This document shows, piece by piece, positions 52,860-64,000 of a stretch of 64,000 nt of DNA. The DNA comes from Octopus sinensis (taxonomy: Eukaryota): the NCBI RefSeq assembly GCF_006345805.1, contig NW_021836306.1:1-64000 (forward strand). Direction: 5' to 3'. The notes below the pieces were generated by a model. That model ran no database searches, was not told the DNA's origin, and saw only the letters and a list, made by a program, of their open reading frames with translations. Positions within the stretch are counted from its first letter, which is position 1, and each line of letters starts with the position of its first letter. The position numbers and the translations under genes are program-made.

Positions 52860-53848
52860 TCGAGGGTAGATATTGCTTCAGCGAATAAAAAAATTGTCTT
52901 GAGAGGTTTATCATTGTGTGAGGTAACGAATTTGGACCAATAATACAGTTGTACTTCCTAAGTGAATAGCTAAATGGGGAGATAATTCCATTTTGTCAGG
53001 GAATGATTTCTCAGAGACATCACAATGCTGTGACTTTCCTCCTGTCTGAACACATTTGTGAGAATGTAAAACGTTTGCTTGAGAAAAGGATACAGCACAG
53101 ATGTCACAGTGATATGGTTTATCTCCCATATGAATGCATATATGAGTAGTTAAATGAAACCTTCACGTGAATGATTTACCACGGATATCACAGCTATATT
53201 GATTTCTTGTATGAATATGTTTGTAACTAAGGTATTTAAATTACAGAATGATATACCACAGATATCACAATGGTATGGCCTCCTTTGTGTATGAATATGT
53301 TTGTGTCTATTCAAAGCACCAGTTATATAGAATGATTTACTACCGATATCACAATGGTATGGCCTCCTTTGTGTATGAATATGTTTGTGTCTATTCAAGG
53401 CACCAGTTATATAGAATGATTTACTACCGATATCACAATGGTATGGCCTCCTTTGTGTATGAATATGTTTGTGTCTATTCAAGGCACCAGTTATATAGAA
53501 TGATTTACTACCGATATCACAATGGTATGGCCTCCTTTGTGTATGAATATGTTTGTGTCTATTCAAAGCACCAGTTATATAGAATGATTTACTACCGATA
53601 TCACAATGGTATGGCCTCCTTTGTGTATGAATATGTTTGTGTCTATTCAAAGCACCAGTTATATAGAATGATTTACAATGGATATCACAGTGATATGACT
53701 TTCTCATGTATGAACACATTTGTGTTTAGTAAAGTCAGTTGAGAGAAGGATTCACTACAGATATCAGTCATAAAAGCTTCTCTGTATGAATGTGCTTAGA
53801 TTTAGTTAAATGAGTATTTTCAGAAAAATATCCAACACACTGATATAG
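52860..53848 (-). pseudogene. Decayed zinc-finger tail downstream of the ZF4 stop, including an 84-bp tandem block
   Basis: ORF 53150-53719 has 5 copies of SFYITGALNRHKHIHTQRRPYHCDI, mostly lacking Cys2. ORF 52911-53129 has broken fingers. Confidence 0.85.
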
Positions 53849-54796
53849 TTAATCCCCTGTATGGGTCCGTTTGTGTTTAGTTAAGTTACCAGACTGTGAG
53901 AATGATTTACCACAGACATCACAGTGATATGGCTTCAGACCCATATGAATACGTTTATGATTAGTGAGACCATCATTCCTAGAGAATGATTTACTGCAGA
54001 TGTCACAGTGATATGGTTTCTCTCCTGTATGAGTACGTTTATGTTTAGTCAAGTGACCAGATTCAGAAAAATATTTACCACAGATATCACAGTGATATGG
54101 TCTTTCTCCTGTATGAGTACGTTTGTGGTAAGTCAAGTGAACAGATTCAGAGAATGATTTACCACAGATATCACAATGATGTGGTTTCTCTCCTGTGTGA
54201 ACACGTTTCTGACTAGTGACACCATCATTCCTAGAGAATGATTCACCACAGATGTCACACTGATATGGTTTCTCACCTGTATGAATACAGATGTGCCTGG
54301 TTAAGTTGTGAGTATCAGTGAATGATTTACCACAGATATCACAGTGATAAGGATTCTCACGTGCATGAATACATTTATGCGTAGTCAAGAGACTACTTCT
54401 AGAGAATGATTTACCACAAATATCACAGTGATATGGTTTCTCTCCTGTATGAGTACGTTTATGGTTACTTAAGTGACCAAATTCTGAGAATGATTTACCA
54501 CAGATATCACAATGATATGGCTTCTCTCCTGTATGAGTACGTTTATGTCTAGTGAGACCATCATTTTTAGAGAATGATTTACCACAGATGTCACACTGAT
54601 ATGCTTTTTCTCCTGTGTGAATACGTATGTGGACAGTTAAACTAAACCTTTTAGAGAATGATTCCCCACAAATATCACAGGGATATGGTTTCTCACCTCT
54701 ATTAATACATTTGTGTTTAATAAGGTTACTTTCCAGAGAAAATGGTTTCTTACACACACCACAATGGTATGACGATTTTTCAGTCACTTTCTGCAT
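53849..54796 (-). CDS. C2H2 zinc-finger protein ZF4, 315 aa, 11 fingers (2 imperfect)
   Basis: Intact ORF with TGEKPY-type linkers, ending TGD*. Acceptor at about 55177. Confidence 0.92.
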   Translation of the reverse strand: MQKVTEKSSYHCGVCKKPFSLESNLIKHKCINRGEKPYPCDICGESFSKRFSLTVHIRIHTGEKAYQCDICGKSFSKNDGLTRHKRTHTGEKPYHCDICGKSFSEFGHLSNHKRTHTGEKPYHCDICGKSFSRSSLLTTHKCIHARENPYHCDICGKSFTDTHNLTRHICIHTGEKPYQCDICGESFSRNDGVTSQKRVHTGEKPHHCDICGKSFSESVHLTYHKRTHTGERPYHCDICGKYFSESGHLTKHKRTHTGEKPYHCDICSKSFSRNDGLTNHKRIHMGLKPYHCDVCGKSFSQSGNLTKHKRTHTGD

Positions 54797-55829
54797 CTCT
54801 TCAACAAAATAATAAATGAATCCTTTAAGTCTGTAACATTATCCATTGTTTCAATAGTTTTCTCTTCTCCCAGAACAATATAAATTTATTTCCTTCTTTC
54901 ACTTTTTATTGTTCATTTATTTCAAATGTTTTACAGCTATTTTCTCATCAACTCTGATTTTCATCCAAATTTAATTACAAGTAAGCAAATTCATCTTGTA
55001 CATACTGCAGACTGTAGAGTAGGGAAACGCTGCCATTAATCTCCGTTCAGAAGAAATATTTCACAGAGTTTATATATTTGTCGCATGTAACGTTTTTCTT
55101 TGGTCTTTAAAAGATAACAGATGTTGATGATGAATCTTATGAAAGCAATTCTTTGATGTCACAGTTGTCTGATATTCTGAAATAAGAGAGAAACAACAGC
55201 ATAAGATACAAGAGGATATTTTAATAGCAGACATGCAACAGTGCAACTCTTACTACATGTCTACAGAGAGAAATTCTAGAAGTAAACAACTGAACTTTTC
55301 TTTTCAATTTCTTATTAAACTGTCCTTACTTTCGAAGTGTGGAGTAATGAAGAAGGGACAACTGAAGAAGGGGAATATTCCATGCGTTGTATGTCTCGTT
55401 TCTCTGGGGGTTTTTTCTGTTGTTTACAAAAAAAGATCGTTTCTATATTTTTGTTTTTATGTTTTTGTTTCTCATTGTGTTCAACATTTTTTTGATATCC
55501 TGTATCCATATATGCATGTATATAAACATATAGATGTAGGTATGTACATATATGTATGTATATATGCATATATATGTAGGTATGCACATATATGTATGTA
55601 TATATGTATGTATATATGCATGTATGTATGTATATATACACCCCTCTGTTCCTTAGTCTCTCATCCCATCTATGCTTTGATCCCTGCTCCTTGCATGTAT
55701 ACCCTGGTCCTTCGTTGCCTTCTCTCTCCTACTCTCTTGTTGTCCCCTAATCTCCCTCTTTTGCTCTTTCCTTGACTGGCTATGTACCTCTTCTACAGTT
55801 TCTGCCCTCATTCTTAATCTCTCTCTCCA

Positions 55830-55960
55830 TTCTTCTCTTGCTCTTATCTCTGGAGATAAGGAGAAGAGGCTTGAATCCCCTACTCCAATATGGGTCTCAC
55901 CAGCGTGACATAGAGCGGTAGGAATATGGCCAGGTAACCATGTATCTATCTTCTTTACAA
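55830..55960 (-). mobile_element. CR1-like RT C-terminal fragment
   Basis: LAIFLPLYVTLVRPILE*GIQASSPYL resembles the CR1 LY..LVRPHLEY...WSPY motif. Confidence 0.65.
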
Positions 55961-56464
55961 TTGCTCCTGGCGTCTTTCATGTTAACTCTCTCTCTCTCCC
56001 TCAGGATAACCGCACCTCGTCTTCAGCAACGTACCTGTTCCTGCCCTCTTTCTTGAGCAGCCTCTCTCTTTCTCTTGATCTTCTTTCCGGCTAGATAACC
56101 AGGCATCCCCTCTTTCTTGTTAAACTCTCTCTTCCTGTCTGGCTCACAAGTCCAGAAAAAGGGACCGATAGATGGGGAGGGTATTGGGAATGAAGTCGAA
56201 ACAAATAACATGTTGAGAACGAATGTATGCGTGCACAGACACACATATAGAGACAGGGAAAACGAACTGTGGGATGCGGTGGCAGAGATGGGCTTCATTG
56301 CAAACTAAACCGGAAGTTCTCTTACAGGGACATGACAAAAATAATTATACTGATTTTACAATAAAAATTAAGGAAGCCACTTTACTCTTGTAGTGGATGT
56401 GTGGATGTATTAATAAATACATAAGTTGTTTTGTAATAAATTAAAGATTTATTTTCACTACATC

Positions 56465-56653
56465 AATTTGTAAGCAATGCTGTCTTTGAGATGTCTGCAG
56501 GTTCGACTGGGATTTGGTTGTATGCTCGCACCAGGTCGATTTTTGAAAAGATGCGAGATCCATGCAGCGAGCTCGAAAAGTCCTGAAGAAAAGGCACCGG
56601 ATAGGCATCACTGATAGTGCTTTTATTCAGTGATCGATAATCGCCGCAAACCC
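56465..56653 (-). mobile_element. Ty3/Gypsy RT fragment
   Basis: RVCGDYRSLNKSTISDAYPVP...IFSKIDLVRAYNQIPV. Confidence 0.9.
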
Positions 56654-57629
56654 GCGACTTGCGTATGCAAATGAGCTGATTGGCAAAACAATTAGAAGCT
56701 TTGAAAAAAAAGCAAAACAACCTTAAGGACAGTCAAACCCTTTTTTTTTTCAAAGTAGACCACTACAGGCGACAATTCACTTGGGTTTCCTTTGAATAGC
56801 TACAGCAAACTGCAGCATGAAAATTGAAAAAAAAGGTTTTAAAAAATTGGCTTAACCCCTCCCCAACCAGGTAATTTTACTGTAGGCTTCAACAGGGAAA
56901 TCGGTTCCTGGTGACAAGCCAACAACAAGGTGGGGTCAGAATTTAGTTGCCTCGTATGAAATGGTTCCCTGCGTTAACTTATGAGGCTCCTGTCAACGAC
57001 CAACTCTCTTCAATGTAAACTTATAGTAACCAAAGGGTTACTTTACGTCTGGTTAAAAGTAAACTCCTTTGATCAGGTCTGCACGACCAGGGCAGTCTTG
57101 GGACTGGGAACTGTTCAGCTGAAGTTAAAGACGAGAGTTCAGTTGGGTCTTTGGAGAAACTGAAAACAAGGAGCAAACACAGACCTTGTACAACTTCGGT
57201 CAAGAGATATCTTCCACTCAGCTGTTAGAAATAGCAGCCGAGTTTTGTTTTAAAGTCAAACTGAACAATGCAGTATTGGATTTACAACAAAGCGGGATGG
57301 CCACGACCAGAATGTCTAATAATTTAGGGTTGGTCAGGGGTTAAATTCCAGTTGAAAGAGAACGAGCATAGCTGAATGGTTAACGAAGTTTGCCGTAGCT
57401 ATTCAAAGGAAACACAAGTGAATTGTCGCCTGTAGGGGTCTACTTTGAAAAAAGAAATGTTTTTCAATGCTTCTAATTGTTTTGTAACGAAAAAAAAAAA
57501 CGCAATTGTCTTTAAAATAATATACACCGTATATCGTTGGAAAATATTTCCTAAGCTCCAGTAGGGGCTCGCTATTAACTTAGTTTTTGCAGTGTTGCGC
57601 CAATCAGCTCATTTGCATACGCAGGTCGC
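56654..57629. mobile_element. Fold-back element with octamer and CCAAT motifs in both arms
   Basis: Arms 56654-56811 and 57387-57629 (the right arm has an insertion of about 110 bp). ATGCAAATGAGCTGATTGGC pairs with GCCAATCAGCTCATTTGCAT. Confidence 0.75.
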
Positions 57630-57823
57630 TGTAGGACCGACTACCTACGACGGGCTAGCGCGGATGCGCATCTGCGCGCACCGTGTCCAGTCTACGCGAC
57701 TAGTACCAAGAAACATTCGGTAAATAATAATAAAGTATTGGTTTCTCAACATTTCAGCGGTTGGGGTGTATTTGAGAATATTTCTCAAAACACAACAAAC
57801 ACGGCAACGATGGAGGATGTGGC

Positions 57824-58135
57824 TTCCATAGCTAGAAATAGCAGCCAAATCTCGCATAAATAATAGACATCTCTCATCCATAGCTAGAAATAGCAGCCAG
57901 ATATCGCACTAATCATAGACATTTCTCTTCCATAGCTAGAAATAGCAGCCAAATCTCGCACAAATTATGGACATCTCATCCATTGCTAGAAATAGCAGCC
58001 AAATCTGGCACGGAACATAGTGATTTCTCTTCCATAACTAGAAACAGCAACCAGATCTCGCTTAAATCATAGATAACTCTCTTCCATAGCTAGAAATAGC
58101 AGCCAAATCTTGTACAATTCATAGACATCTCTGAT
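57824..58135. repeat. 52-bp minisatellite, 6 units
   Basis: CATAGCTAGAAATAGCAGCCAAATCTCGC at 57827, 57879, 57931, 57981, 58033 and 58085. Confidence 0.9.
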
Positions 58136-58558
58136 ACATAAAAAATTGGAGAAACACAACCAATCGAAAAGTCAAATACTGAACGTCTACTGATGAAATA
58201 CTCACGGAAAAGTTTCATAAAGGATAACGTTGTTATAAGTGCATTTGTAATAGATGAGAAATGTATTAAAAGTTAAGGAATAGAAATTCATTCAACCAAC
58301 AATTCAATTAATGTCAAGATGGAAATGGAAATATATCTCGTGCGTGGGTTTTACAGAAACCACGGTAGCTGACTCTTGTTACCATCTTTCTGTTCCTGGG
58401 GACCTCAACTTTGGCCGATAATTTGTTGGAAGGCATGCGAAAAACGTCAGACGTCTAAAATATTCTAAAAACTTCTTGGTATTATTTGAATGAACTGTCT
58501 GTGTCCCTCAGTAGATTGTCCTGTAGGGACTTCCAGTTGTCCAATATGCTATACATCT

Positions 58559-59350
58559 CTATTTTAAATGCTTCAAATAGAATTTTACAAAATTTCTTAC
58601 TGTTTTTGTTGAGTGTTTGAATTTATATATTGTCGTTTTCTGGAATGACCTATTTCTCGGAAACCTTCTAGCTCTAAGTTTCAAATCACAAACCACTAAC
58701 CTATGTTGAGTTGTACATTCATCACCATGGAAAGACTTCACATTCACAAGTATCTCATTTTCAAGTAAGAATGAAGTCAATCCAGTAAGAATCAAGTCAT
58801 ATCAATCAAGGCCATCTCCTTGAAGAAATTAGTGACTTGTCTGCTTTCCTACATGCTAGGTCTATGGGTTTTGCTAAATTAAGTCTAAGGCCCTCCAATT
58901 GCAGACGCTGCATCCACACCTTATATTCATTCTCTAACTCTTGTAGAAATTCCGCTATAAGAACAAGGTTATCATCATAGTGGAGCTCTCAAGGGCATCC
59001 AGTCTTAAATTCCTCTGCTATGGCTAGAAGGTCTATGATAAATAAGAGGGGAGTGAGAATTGATCCTTCGGGAACTCCTACTTGCTTACTAAATCCATTG
59101 CTACACACATTACCAACTTTCATCTTACTGACAGCATCCCTGTACACAGTTTGTATGGCTCACACCAACAACTCTATCCCTAGCTTCTGCATTAACCACT
59201 GAATAAGGAAGTGGGGGAACCTGTCAAAGGCTTTCTCAATGTCAAGTATAGAGGTTTAATTTTTACTAAATCCTTCTCAGTACTCGTCTTACAAAGAAGA
59301 AAACATCAGTAGTGCTTCTACATAACACAAAGCCAAACTGCATCTGTTTC
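58559..59350 (-). mobile_element. Decayed RTE LINE fragments (RT and EN pieces)
   Basis: MQFGF..RSTTD, LHYDDNLVLIAE (RT) and ECTTQHRLVVCDL (EN). Confidence 0.75.
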
Positions 59351-59977
59351 TCTCTCTTCCTAATTAGCTGAGCTATGAGCCTCACAAAAAGAGGGGGGCG
59401 TCAAGAACGGTCAGAATCTCATACAAAAAATTTCATTCCTCAATTTTAGTAAGGTAATTGTAGTCTAGACCCTCAAACACTTATCTCTGCAAAATTTAAT
59501 TTAAACAACGATAAGTAGGTTATGAGTAGACAGTCTGTTGTGGGGCACTAAACTATTGTTATGAGGAATATTCTTCTCTTGTGGTTTCTTCCATTTTGTA
59601 CAGGAGGTCATTGTTTATGTATATATTTGACAACTTTACTGCATCCGTGTGTTTGAAAAAGCCATGACTTGTGCTACCATTAACATATTTGAGAAGCATC
59701 TAAAAGCTAATAAAAAACAAATAAATATATATAGTAAATTGGGGAAGTGGTATTCAACAAAGAACAATGTGTAGGGTTGAAGGAGGAGAAGTTTCAGTAT
59801 AGGGGTCCCTACATCATGGGAAATGAAAAGAGCATGGAAGTGAGGCTTGTGTGAAAAGGTATGAAAGACAAAATTAAAAAACTGGAATTTTGGGAAATTC
59901 TTTATTTTCAGAATTGTAATTTCCATTACATGAAAAACAGGAATATTAAGAAAAAGAACCGAAGAAACAATTAGAAA

Positions 59978-62735
59978 TTAGTCTTTTCCTTTCTCTTCTC
60001 TCTGAATACATTTGTGTGCAGTTAAATTACTACATTTAGTGAATGATTTACCACAGACATTACAATAATATGGCTTCTCTCCTGTATGAGTACGTTTGTG
60101 TGAAGTTACGCTATAACTTTGAGAGAATGATTTACCACAGATATCACAGTGATATGGTCTCTCTCCTGAATGAAGACGTCTGTGTTTAGTTAAGCCACTA
60201 TTTTGTGAGAATGATTTACCACAGATATCACAGTGATATGGTCTCTCTCCTGAATGAAGACGTCTGTGTTTAGTTAAGTCACTATTTTGTGAGAATGATT
60301 TACCACAGATATCACAGTGATATGGTCTCTCTCCTGAATGAAGACGTCTGTGTTTAGTTAAGCCACTATTTTGTGAGAATGATTTACCACAGATATCACA
60401 GTGATATGGTCTCTCTCCTGAATGAAGACGTCTGTGTTTAGTTAAGCCACTATTTTGTGAGAATGATTTACACAGATATCACAGTGATATGGTCTCTCTC
60501 CTGAATGAAGACGTCTGTGTTTAGTTAAGCCACTATTTTGTGAGAATGATTTACCACAGATATCACAGTGATATGGTCTCTCTCCTGAATGAAGACGTCT
60601 GTGTTTAGTTAAGCCACTATTTTGTGAGAATGATTTACCACAGATATCACAGTGATATGGTCTCTCTCCTGAATGAAGACGTCTGTGTTTAGTTAAGTTA
60701 CTATTTTGTGAGAATGATTACCACAGATATCACAGTGATATGGTCTCTCTACTGAATGAAGACGTCTGTGTTTAGTTAAGTCACTATTTTGTGAGAATGA
60801 TTTACCACAGATATCACAGTGATATGGTCTCTCTCCTGAATGAAGACGTCTGTGTTTAGTTAAGCCACTATTTTGTGAGAATGATTTACCACAGATATCA
60901 CAGTGATATGGTCTCTCTCCTGAATGAAGACGTCTGTGTTTAGTTAAGCCACTATTTTGTGAGAATGATTTACCACAGATATCACAGTGATATGGTCTCT
61001 CTCCTGAATGAAGACGTCTGTGTTTAGTTAAGCCACTATTTTGTGAGAATGATTTACCACAGATATCACAGTGATATGGTCTCTCTACTGAATGAAGACG
61101 TCTGTGTTTAGTTAAGTCACTATTTTGTGAGAATGATTTACAACAGATATCACAGTGATACGGTCTTTCGCCTGAGTGAAAACGTTTGTGTTTAGTTAAG
61201 CCACTATTATCAGGGAATGATATACCACAGATATCACAATGATAAGGTTTCTCTCCTGTATGAATACGTTTATGTCTAGTTACGTCATTATTGCGGATGA
61301 AAGATTTACCACAGATATCACAATGATATGGCTTCTCTCCTGTATGAATACGTTTGTGTTTAGTTAATTTACCATTTTCAAAGAAAGATTTACCACAGAT
61401 ATCACAATGATATGGCTTCTCTCCTGTATGAATATGCCTGTGTGCAGTTAATTTACCATTTTCAAAGAAAGATTTACCACAGATATCACAGTGATATGGC
61501 TTCTCCCCAGTAGGAATACGAATGTGCTTATTTAAGTCAGAATTTTGAGAAAATGATTTGTCACAGACATTACAGTGATATGGCTTCTCTCCTGTATGAA
61601 TACATTTGTGTTTAGTTACGTTATGATTGCGGATGAAAGATTTACCACAGATATCACAGTGATATGGTTTCTCTCCTGTATGAATACGTATGTGTATTGT
61701 TAGGGCAGTACTTCCAGAGAAAGATTTACCACAGATATCACAGTGATATGGCTTTTCCCCTGTATGAATACGTTTATGTCTAGTTACGTCATGCTTGCGG
61801 ATGAAAGATTTACCACAGATATCACAGTGATATGGCTTTTCCCCTGTATGGATACGTATGTGTATTGTTAGGGCAGTACTTCCAGAGAAAGATTTACCAC
61901 AGATATCACAGTGATATGGCTTTCCCCCTGTATGGATACGTTTATGTCTAGTTACGTCATTATTACGGATGAAAGATTTACCACAGATATCACAGTCATA
62001 TGGCTTCTCCCCAGTATGAATACGTAAGTGTATTGTTAGGGCAGAACTTCCAGAGAATGATTTACCACAGATATCACTGTGATATGGCTTCTCCTCAGTA
62101 TGAATACGTAAGTGTATTGTTAGGGCAGTACTTCCAGAGAAAGATTTACCACAGATATCACTGTGATATGGCTTCTCCTCAGTATGAATACGTAAGTGTA
62201 TTGTTAGGGCAGAACTTCCAGAGAATGATTTACCACAGATATCACTGTGATATGGCTTCTCCTCAGTATGAATACGTAAGTGTATTGTTAGGGCAGTACT
62301 TCCAGAGAAAGATTTACCACAGATATCACTGTGATATGGCTTCTCCTCAGTATGAATACGTAAGTGTATTGTTAGGGCAGTACTTCCAGAGAATGATTTA
62401 CCACAGATATCACTGTGATATGGCTTCTCCTCAGTATGAATACGTAAGTGTATTGTTAGGGCAGAACTTCCAGAGAATGATTTACCACAGATATCACAGT
62501 GATATCGCTTTTCCCCTGTATGAATACGTTTATGTCTAGTTACGTCATGCTTGCGGATGAAAGATTTACCACAGATATCACAGTGATATGGCTTTTCCCC
62601 TGTATGGATACGTTTGTGAGTAATTAATTGACTATTTGCAGAGAATGATTGACCACAGACATCACAGTGATACGGTCTTTCTCCTCTATCTATTTCTATA
62701 ATTTTCTCACTCTTTTCCATTATTATTTCTCTCAA
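59978..62735 (-). CDS. C2H2 zinc-finger gene ZF5, about 32 fingers and 919 aa after correcting two 1-bp deletions
   Basis: A 680-aa ORF breaks at a missing base near 60719 and again near 60470. Adding 2 nt gives 2760 nt, ending KGKD* at 59978. The ATG may be at 62720. Acceptor at about 63061. Confidence 0.9.
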
Positions 62736-63314
62736 ATCACAATGTAAATATACTTTTCTTGTTTTTCTTCTTATCGTTTAATCTCACAAATACTTCCACT
62801 CCTGATTTTCTCTCCATTGTTTCCCTGCTCTAATAACATTTATGTAAATGTATCCAAGCACACAAACTCATCTTCTCGGCACTGCAGACAGTGATGTGCA
62901 AAACTTTTGCTAATCACATCAGATTAGAACAAATATTTCACAGAAATTCACAGCATATATATAGAAAGTGTTATAGAATTTGTATAGAATTTTCTTTCAG
63001 TTTCAAAAGATGATAAATACTGAGAATAGATCTTCTGTTATTCCAATGTCATCCGATATTCTGAACTAATAAAGAAACAACAGTGTAAGATAAAGAAGCT
63101 GCTTTCAAAATACAGATTCAACAGTGGAAAATTGACAACATTTCTACAGAGATAAACTTTAGAAATAAGCATTTACCCGAACAACTGAACTTTTTAATGT
63201 ATTAAAATTTACATCCCAGAATCTTGTGTGTAGCTTACATATTTGTAAACCACAGCTACACCTTCACATTGTGTAAGATTATTTGGATTAAACTGCAGAA
63301 GAGCAGGTAATAAC

Positions 63315-63567
63315 ATCCATAGCTAGAAATAGCAGCCGAATCTCGCACAAAACAAAGACATCTCTCTTACATTGCTAGAAATAGCAGCCAAATCTCGCAC
63401 AAAACAAAGACATCTCTCTTACATTGCTAGAAATAGCAGCCAAATCTCGGACAAATCATAAACATCTCTCTTCCATTGCTAGAAATAGCAGCCAAATCTC
63501 GCACAAAACAAAGACATCTCTCTTTACATTTCTAGAAATAGCAGCCAAATCTCGCACAAATCATGGA
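63315..63567. repeat. 52-bp minisatellite, 5 units, same family as 57824-58135
   Basis: Units at 63318, 63370, 63422, 63474 and 63527. Confidence 0.9.
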
Positions 63568-63569
63568 TA

Positions 63570-63768
63570 GGTACTACTTAAGAAGAGTGGTCCCGGTGCA
63601 GGCACTCGCGCTAGCTAGTCGTGACTAGTCGATCCTTACTTTGTGTTTTATTTCCTTTGTTTAAAAAAAAATTATTTATTTACTTTGCTATGTAGTCGTA
63701 GGATCGACTAGTCACGTGTAGCTAGCGTGGATGCGCGCGCACCGGGACCCCTGTTCGCTAGTAGTACC
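63570..63768. mobile_element. GC-rich hairpin MITE
   Basis: GGTACTACT...GGTCCCGGTGC...GTGACTAGTCGATCCT pairs with AGGATCGACTAGTCAC...GCACCGGGACC...AGTAGTACC. A related arm lies at 57650-57708. Confidence 0.75.
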
Positions 63769-64000
63769 GACTATACACTGAATTTTATGGAATTCATAAA
63801 AGACATTTCTGAAGTGGTGAATTAAGCAGTATAATACTGTCTAATGGATTTTCTCTTAAACTGTGATTGCGCCTGCAAGCCGGACGTTTTCACATCATTC
63901 CTTCGGACGTTCCTTTCCTCGGTGTCAGGAACGTCCAGTCGTTGTAGCACTCGGATGAATTTCGTATTCGTCCCACAGACGCAAGGAATTCCATAATCGA

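Noticed and set aside
56389-56462. TGTAGTG...CACTACA mini solo-LTR beside the Gypsy fragment
   Set aside because: Only 74 bp, with no TSD, PBS or PPT.
57824-58135. CRISPR-like repeat-spacer appearance (also 63315-63567)
   Set aside because: The apparent spacers are homologous to each other and the context is eukaryotic, so this is a minisatellite.
62000-62539. Repetitive plus-strand ORFs opposite ZF arrays (also 53248-53742)
   Set aside because: They are antisense shadows of the 84-bp repeats.

Overview
AT-rich, microsatellite- and TE-dense animal genomic DNA, most likely octopus. This is inferred from the tRNA-derived SINE families and the KRAB-less C2H2 zinc-finger cluster. The window holds five paralogous C2H2-ZF loci: 4.8-5.4 kb (-, nonsense-disrupted), 9.5-10.7 kb (-, 13 fingers), 15.9-16.7 kb (+, 9 fingers after indel correction), 53.8-54.8 kb (-, 11 fingers plus a decayed tail) and 60.0-62.7 kb (-, about 32 fingers after correcting two 1-bp deletions). 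All five share a paralogous splice acceptor, a single coding exon and an exact TGTGAAATATTT leader motif. The last array contains minisatellite-like blocks of near-identical 84-bp fingers whose differences fall at helix positions +2/+3, a PRDM9-like pattern. Between the ZF groups lies an intronless reading frame of about 5.4 kb (29522-34904, -), broken by one stop and one +1 frameshift. It would encode about 1,790 aa with roughly six tandem NHL-like beta-propeller domains and a possible death-fold N-terminus. The rest is TE debris: RTE, Tx1, HERO-like and CR1/L2 LINEs, a Gypsy RT fragment, mariner and Tc2/pogo remnants, three SINE families, TTAA MITEs and many fold-back elements, including a young 1.9-kb one with 620-bp TIRs and an 8-bp TSD. 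All calls are by eye, with no database searches. Domain boundaries are approximate.
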